Below are positions 59,551 through 64,000 of a DNA stretch of 64,000 nt, in pieces. The position numbers and the translations under genes are program-made. The number at the start of each line of letters is the position of its first letter. Positions within the stretch are counted from its first letter, which is position 1. The stretch comes from Myxococcales bacterium (GTDB taxonomy: Bacteria; Desulfobacterota; Binatia; HRBIN30). The stretch is from the NCBI GenBank assembly GCA_037445065.1, contig JBBILD010000013.1:1-64000 (forward strand), given 5' to 3'. The notes below the pieces were generated by a model. That model made no database searches. It was not told the origin of the DNA and was given only the letters and a program-made list of their open reading frames with translations.

Positions 59551-59789
59551 TAACCCAGGCAAGCGAGCAAGAAAACCCGCACCTCCCGACTTCCTAGCTC
59601 GCCCCTACGCTCCCTCGCTGGTTTTCCGCCCGCAGCTGTCTCGACCCGCTCCTCCCTCGCGCCACACCCCTCGCCGGCTTCCTTCCGGACCCAGCGGAGG
59701 CTACGACGGTGCCGATCTTGGCACCCGCCGAGCCCGATTTCCCTGGTTTGTGAGCTTCCTTGCCGCCACTCCTTCCTTTCGCCCCCGAC

Positions 59790-60038
59790 TTAGAGCCGCC
59801 CCCCGGAATGCGCCGCCCGAAGGCGCGTCACCTTGCGCATTACCGGCCGCCCGGAAGTGGCTTGCGTCCCGAGCCCGAGTTTCGATCCCCAACTACGGCT
59901 GACGAGCCACAGGAGGCCCGCACAGACCACCAAAACAGCCGCCACCACCAACCCTCCGGTCGCCGGTTCGACCAGCGGTTCTTCCGGAATGGTTGCAAAC
60001 GCGAGCAGTGCATCAATCGCAACGATGGTGCCGAACAT
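59790..60038 (-). CDS. Small membrane protein
   Basis: AAGGAGG SD before ATG 60038; hydrophobic segments. Confidence 0.45.
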   Translation of the reverse strand: MFGTIVAIDALLAFATIPEEPLVEPATGGLVVAAVLVVCAGLLWLVSRSWGSKLGLGTQATSGRPVMRKVTRLRAAHSGGRL

Positions 60039-60181
60039 GATTGCTTCCTCCTTTGCCCCGAAGGCACCAAAAGCTTTAACGCACCGCAGCATGATTGCAA
60101 CGCGATGCGTCATCACCAGCCCGCCCTTGCTCCGCCCATCTGCTTGAGAGAAAACAGGCGGCGGGAAAGGAAGCGAAGAAG

Positions 60182-61969
60182 ATGGCACGGGCGAAACGGC
60201 GGATCAGCAACGCGGAGATCGCCAAAGTGTTGCGCGAAATCGCGCTGTTGCTCGACATGGACGGGGTACCCTTCAAGCCACGGGCGTACGAGAAGGCGGC
60301 GTATGCGGTCGAGACGCTCAGTGAACCGGTGGCCGACCTGCTCGAACGGGGTGGCGAACGCGCGGTGGAGGCCATCCCTGGGGTGGGCAAGAGCATTGCC
60401 GAAAAAATCGTTACGCTGGTGCGTAGCGGACGGCTCCCGTACTACGAGGAGTTGCACGCCAAGGTTCCGGTGGATCTGGAAGGGCTCAGCGCCATCGAGG
60501 GGCTGGGGCCCAAAAACATCAAGGTGCTGTACGAAAAGCTCGGCATCCGCACCGTGGACGAACTGGAACGCGCGGCGCGCGAAGGGCGGATCCGCACGCT
60601 GCCCCACTTTGGCGAGAAAAGCGAGCAAAAGATCCTGCGCGGAATCGAGTTCCTCAAGCGCAGTCAAGGCCGCTTTCTGCTCGGCGCTGTGCTGCCCTTC
60701 GTGCGCGAAATCGAGCGGCGGCTCCGCGAGATTCGCGGCGTGCAGCGGGTGGCGATCGCAGGCTCCATCCGCCGCTGCAAAGAAACGGTCGGCGACGCGG
60801 ACATCTTGGTGGTGGCCGAAGATGCGGACCGAGTAATGGACTTTTTCGTGTCCATGCCCGAGGTCGAGTACGTGCACGGCAAGGGGCACACGAAGTCGAG
60901 CGTCAAGCTGCATATGGGAATGGATGTGGACTTGCGGGTGGTCGAAGAGGACAGCTTCGGAGCAGCCCTCAACTACTTTACCGGCAGTAAGGCCCACAAC
61001 GTGGCCCTGCGCCGCATCGCTCAAGACAAGGGGCTCAAACTCAACGAGTACGGCTTGTTTCGCGGAGACAAGGCGATCGCTGGGCGGACGGAAGAGGAGG
61101 TGTACGCGGCGCTGGGTCTCGAATTCATTCCGCCCGAGTTGCGGGAAGACACCGGCGAGATCGAAGCGGCGCTCGAACACCGGCTGCCCAAGCTGGTCGC
61201 CTACGATGCCGTGCGAGGCGATTTGCAAGTGCAGACCTCTTGGTCCGACGGCGCGCACAGCATCGAGGAGATGGTCGCCGAGGCGCGTCGGCTCGGGCGC
61301 GAGTACATCGCCATTACCGACCACACCAAAGCCCTCGCCATGGTGGGGCTCGACTCCGCGCAGCTCCGCAAACAAATGGCCGAGATCGACCGCATCAACG
61401 CCAAACTCAGCGGCTTCCGCGTTCTCAAGGGCGCCGAGGTGAACATCAATCGCGACGGAACGCTCGACATTGACGACGACACCTTGTCCCAACTCGACGT
61501 GGTCGGCATCGCCGTGCACTCCTACTTCCATTTGCCGAAGGAGGAACAAACGCGGCGCATCATCCGCGCGATGGAAAACCCCCATGCGGACATTTTGTTC
61601 CATCCAACCGGAAGGGCGCTCTTAAAGCGGGAGCCGTACGAGGTAGATCTCGACGCCATTTTCGCTGCCGCCAAGCGTACGGGCACCGCTCTCGAAGTGG
61701 ATGGTTACCCGGAGCGTTTGGACCTGCGCGACGAGCACGTGCGCCGCGCCATCGAGGCAGGGGTCAAGCTCGTCATTGACACCGACGCGCACAGCACCCA
61801 CCACCTCGACTACTTGTACTTCGGAATCGCAACTGCGCGCCGGGGTTGGGCCACCGCTGCCGATGTTCTGAACACCCTGCCGGTGGAGGAGTTTCTCGCC
61901 CAGCTCAAAGACGGCCGCACAGGCGCGCACCGCACCCAGCCAACCCGCGGGCGCCGCAAACAGCGCTAG
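60182..61969 (+). CDS. polX: DNA polymerase X / PHP exonuclease
   Basis: FK.RAY, PGVG..IA.KI, GLGPK, AGSIRR.KETVGDADIL, DLR, YFTGSKAHN, then PHP motifs TDH, GAEV, HPTGR, TDAH. Confidence 0.96.
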   Translation: MARAKRRISNAEIAKVLREIALLLDMDGVPFKPRAYEKAAYAVETLSEPVADLLERGGERAVEAIPGVGKSIAEKIVTLVRSGRLPYYEELHAKVPVDLEGLSAIEGLGPKNIKVLYEKLGIRTVDELERAAREGRIRTLPHFGEKSEQKILRGIEFLKRSQGRFLLGAVLPFVREIERRLREIRGVQRVAIAGSIRRCKETVGDADILVVAEDADRVMDFFVSMPEVEYVHGKGHTKSSVKLHMGMDVDLRVVEEDSFGAALNYFTGSKAHNVALRRIAQDKGLKLNEYGLFRGDKAIAGRTEEEVYAALGLEFIPPELREDTGEIEAALEHRLPKLVAYDAVRGDLQVQTSWSDGAHSIEEMVAEARRLGREYIAITDHTKALAMVGLDSAQLRKQMAEIDRINAKLSGFRVLKGAEVNINRDGTLDIDDDTLSQLDVVGIAVHSYFHLPKEEQTRRIIRAMENPHADILFHPTGRALLKREPYEVDLDAIFAAAKRTGTALEVDGYPERLDLRDEHVRRAIEAGVKLVIDTDAHSTHHLDYLYFGIATARRGWATAADVLNTLPVEEFLAQLKDGRTGAHRTQPTRGRRKQR

Positions 61970-62002
61970 CCAAAAGCCAGCCACTCGTGTAAGGGCTCAC
62001 CA

Positions 62003-62479
62003 ATGTCGCGGGTGTGCGCTCTGGCTGGGGATACCAAGGTCGAAACGCCGGAAGGCCCAATGGCGGTGCGCAGTGTGGCCGGCAAGCTGATCCCTGTCTT
62101 CAGCCGGGATCCGAACGGACGGGTGCGTTTCCGGCCCATGCGTGATGTGCAAAGCATCGCCTCCGAAGCGCCCCTATACCGCGTCGTTCTCGACAACGGC
62201 CGCTCCTTCCGCGCGGGTGCGGGGCAACGCGTCTTTACGCTCGAAATGAGCCCCGTCGCGATTGCCGAGCTTGCACCCGGCACGGTACTGCTCTCTGCCT
62301 TCCACTACCCTGCCGGTTACCGGTACCTGCGCACAGACGGCCACGAGGAAGTCTCCCTCGGGGGCTGGAAAGTGGTCCAGGTGGAGCCCGCTGGCAGCGG
62401 GGAGTTGTTCACCCTGCGCGTGCCGCCCGAGAACTGCTTCTTCGTGACTGCTGGCGTGCTTTGCCAAAGCGAGGCCTGA
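62003..62479 (+). CDS. Stand-alone Hint (intein-like) domain protein
   Basis: CALAGDTKVETPEG (block A-like), VVLDNG.SFRA...Q.VF (block B-like), LFTLRV....FFVTAGVLCQS (blocks F/G-like). Confidence 0.7.
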   Translation: MSRVCALAGDTKVETPEGPMAVRSVAGKLIPVFSRDPNGRVRFRPMRDVQSIASEAPLYRVVLDNGRSFRAGAGQRVFTLEMSPVAIAELAPGTVLLSAFHYPAGYRYLRTDGHEEVSLGGWKVVQVEPAGSGELFTLRVPPENCFFVTAGVLCQSEA

Positions 62480-62528
62480 GGCAGCACGCAGCGGGCGGGC
62501 CAACCTGCCACATTGTCCAGGACGCGGC

Positions 62529-63335
62529 TCACCTGCCGCGCGGGCCTGCGAACTCTTGCGCCACCACCCGTGCCAGGCCCGGGAGGTCGGACACGATACC
62601 GTCCACACCCAACTCCCACAGGCGTTTCATTTCCTCTGCGTCGTTGATCGTCCAGGCGTGCACCTCGAGCTGCCACCGATGGGCCGCAGCAACCACTTCA
62701 GGACGCACAATCTCGATCGGCCCCACCCGCACCGGTACCTGCAAAGCGATCCCCGGAGGGGTGTAGCCGGACCAGTCATCCGCCTCGACGCGGCGCAAAA
62801 ACTCGGCCACGTCCTCCGCCGAGAAACTGGTGATCAACTCTCCCCCGTGCGCCCGAACGTGCTGCAGGATGGGGCCTTTCTCTGCAGCCAAGATCACTCT
62901 GCCGGCGGCATCGAACCGGCGCACCAAGCGGATTACCTCGTCAATCAAGGCTCCGTCGTTTTCCTTGATCTCGACGTTGCAAATGGCCAGCGGAAAGGTG
63001 ACCAGCACGGCCTCGAAGGTGGGAACCTTCACGCCATGGCCGCGAAAGGGAAAATCGCGGCCGTCGCGACTGAAGCCGTAGCCCGCATCCAAACTCTCCA
63101 CCTGTCGCCACGTGAGATCGCGCACCGCCCCGCTGCCGTCGGTGGTGCGGTCCACCGTATCGTCATGCATCACCACCACCACGCCATCGCGGGTGCCGTG
63201 CACGTCCAATTCGAGAATGTCCGCACCCAACGCCAGCGCGAGCGCAAACGAGGGAAGCGTGTTTTCCGGTGCCAGCCCGGCCGCACCGCGGTGACCCAGA
63301 ATACGCGGCGGCGGAGTCGAGAAGCACGTTCGCAT
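62529..63335 (-). CDS. Glycerophosphodiester phosphodiesterase
   Basis: GHRGA...PENT, ELDV..TRDG.VVVMHD..VDRTT, NVEIK, WTIN, GVDGIVSD.P. Confidence 0.93.
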   Translation of the reverse strand: MRTCFSTPPPRILGHRGAAGLAPENTLPSFALALALGADILELDVHGTRDGVVVVMHDDTVDRTTDGSGAVRDLTWRQVESLDAGYGFSRDGRDFPFRGHGVKVPTFEAVLVTFPLAICNVEIKENDGALIDEVIRLVRRFDAAGRVILAAEKGPILQHVRAHGGELITSFSAEDVAEFLRRVEADDWSGYTPPGIALQVPVRVGPIEIVRPEVVAAAHRWQLEVHAWTINDAEEMKRLWELGVDGIVSDLPGLARVVAQEFAGPRGR

Positions 63336-63419
63336 GCGCGCCTCGATAACCAATCTCGCTCGGGTGCGAAAGGAACGGCGGCGGAAACGCGAGAAAATCC
63401 AAATGGCGAGGGAGCGCGG

Positions 63420-64000
63420 TCAGAGCGGCTCGTCGCGGCCTAGCACGCGCTCTGGCGAGGAGGGAGCCACCAAATACGCCGCGGCGCGCAACGCCAGGGC
63501 GATGATGGTCAGCGTGGGGTTGTAGCCAGAGGAAGTGACAAACACCGAGCCGTCCACCGCGTACAGGTTTTCCACGTCGTGGAAACGCTGGTAGCGGTCG
63601 CAAACCGAGCTGCGCGGATCGTCTCCCATGCGCAGCGTGCCCATGACATGGCGCGTGAGTGGAGGAGAATCCGCAGGCGCCAAGAAGCCAAAGTCCGCCC
63701 CAGCAGCGCGGTGGATCTCGACCAACAAAGGCCCGTAGAACTGCCGCGCAGCGCGCTCGAGGGCTCCGGCACGGTAGGTCACACGCGGTACCGGCTGGCC
63801 GAAGACGTCGCGCAAGCGATCGTCGAGATCCACTCGATTGTGGAAGTACGGAGCATCCTCGCCTTGCTGGATCAGCACCGCGATGTGGGCTTGGAATACG
63901 TTGGCGCGCAACAAACGCTTGAGCGTGAGACTCCTCAAATTTTGCAGGCGCGCCAAATCCAGCGCTTGCAAGGCCGCTTGCGCTCCACTGATTGCGCCAG
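63420..64000 (-). CDS. GMC-family oxidoreductase, C-terminal part (5' end outside window)
   Basis: ED.P...NRV.LD...D.FG.PVPR, HVMGTLRMG.DP..SV, NLYAVDGSVF, NPTLTI.ALALR. Confidence 0.88.
   Translation of the reverse strand, partial: GAISGAQAALQALDLARLQNLRSLTLKRLLRANVFQAHIAVLIQQGEDAPYFHNRVDLDDRLRDVFGQPVPRVTYRAGALERAARQFYGPLLVEIHRAAGADFGFLAPADSPPLTRHVMGTLRMGDDPRSSVCDRYQRFHDVENLYAVDGSVFVTSSGYNPTLTIIALALRAAAYLVAPSSPERVLGRDEPL

Overview
GC-rich bacterial DNA. The Thr/Pro-rich lipoproteins, sulfatase-like pair, Cys-rich myxobacterial-type repeat and SecA style suggest a Binatota/Myxococcota-like organism (inference only). The left 15 kb is a defence locus. On the minus strand lies a complete type III-B CRISPR-Cas effector operon: NE0113-type CARF-wHTH, cas10/cmr2 with HD and GGDD motifs, cmr3, cmr4, cmr5, cmr6, cmr1, cas6, and a CARF-adenosine deaminase of the Cad1/CAAD type. 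No cas1, cas2 or canonical array is in the window. Three non-coding signals stand out. (1) Inside cmr6 there is a perfect 37-bp repeat / 35-bp insert / 37-bp repeat that looks like an in-frame ectopic spacer-integration scar. (2) A degenerate two-repeat mini-array with 72-bp period lies at 14941-15048. (3) A ~266-nt nested stem-loop region directly follows a divergently transcribed orphan gene. The rest is mostly housekeeping and envelope genes: PhaC-like, AurF-like, purN, infC, UvrD-like, sulfatase-like, mdh-sucC, a CusCBA + CopA copper cluster, argJ, secA with large insertions, murI, an SPL-like radical SAM protein, polX, a stand-alone Hint protein, GDPD and a partial GMC oxidoreductase. A cluster of GTAG-type REP palindromes lies at ~50.2-51.0 kb. 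All protein calls come from motif recognition by eye; no database searches were run.
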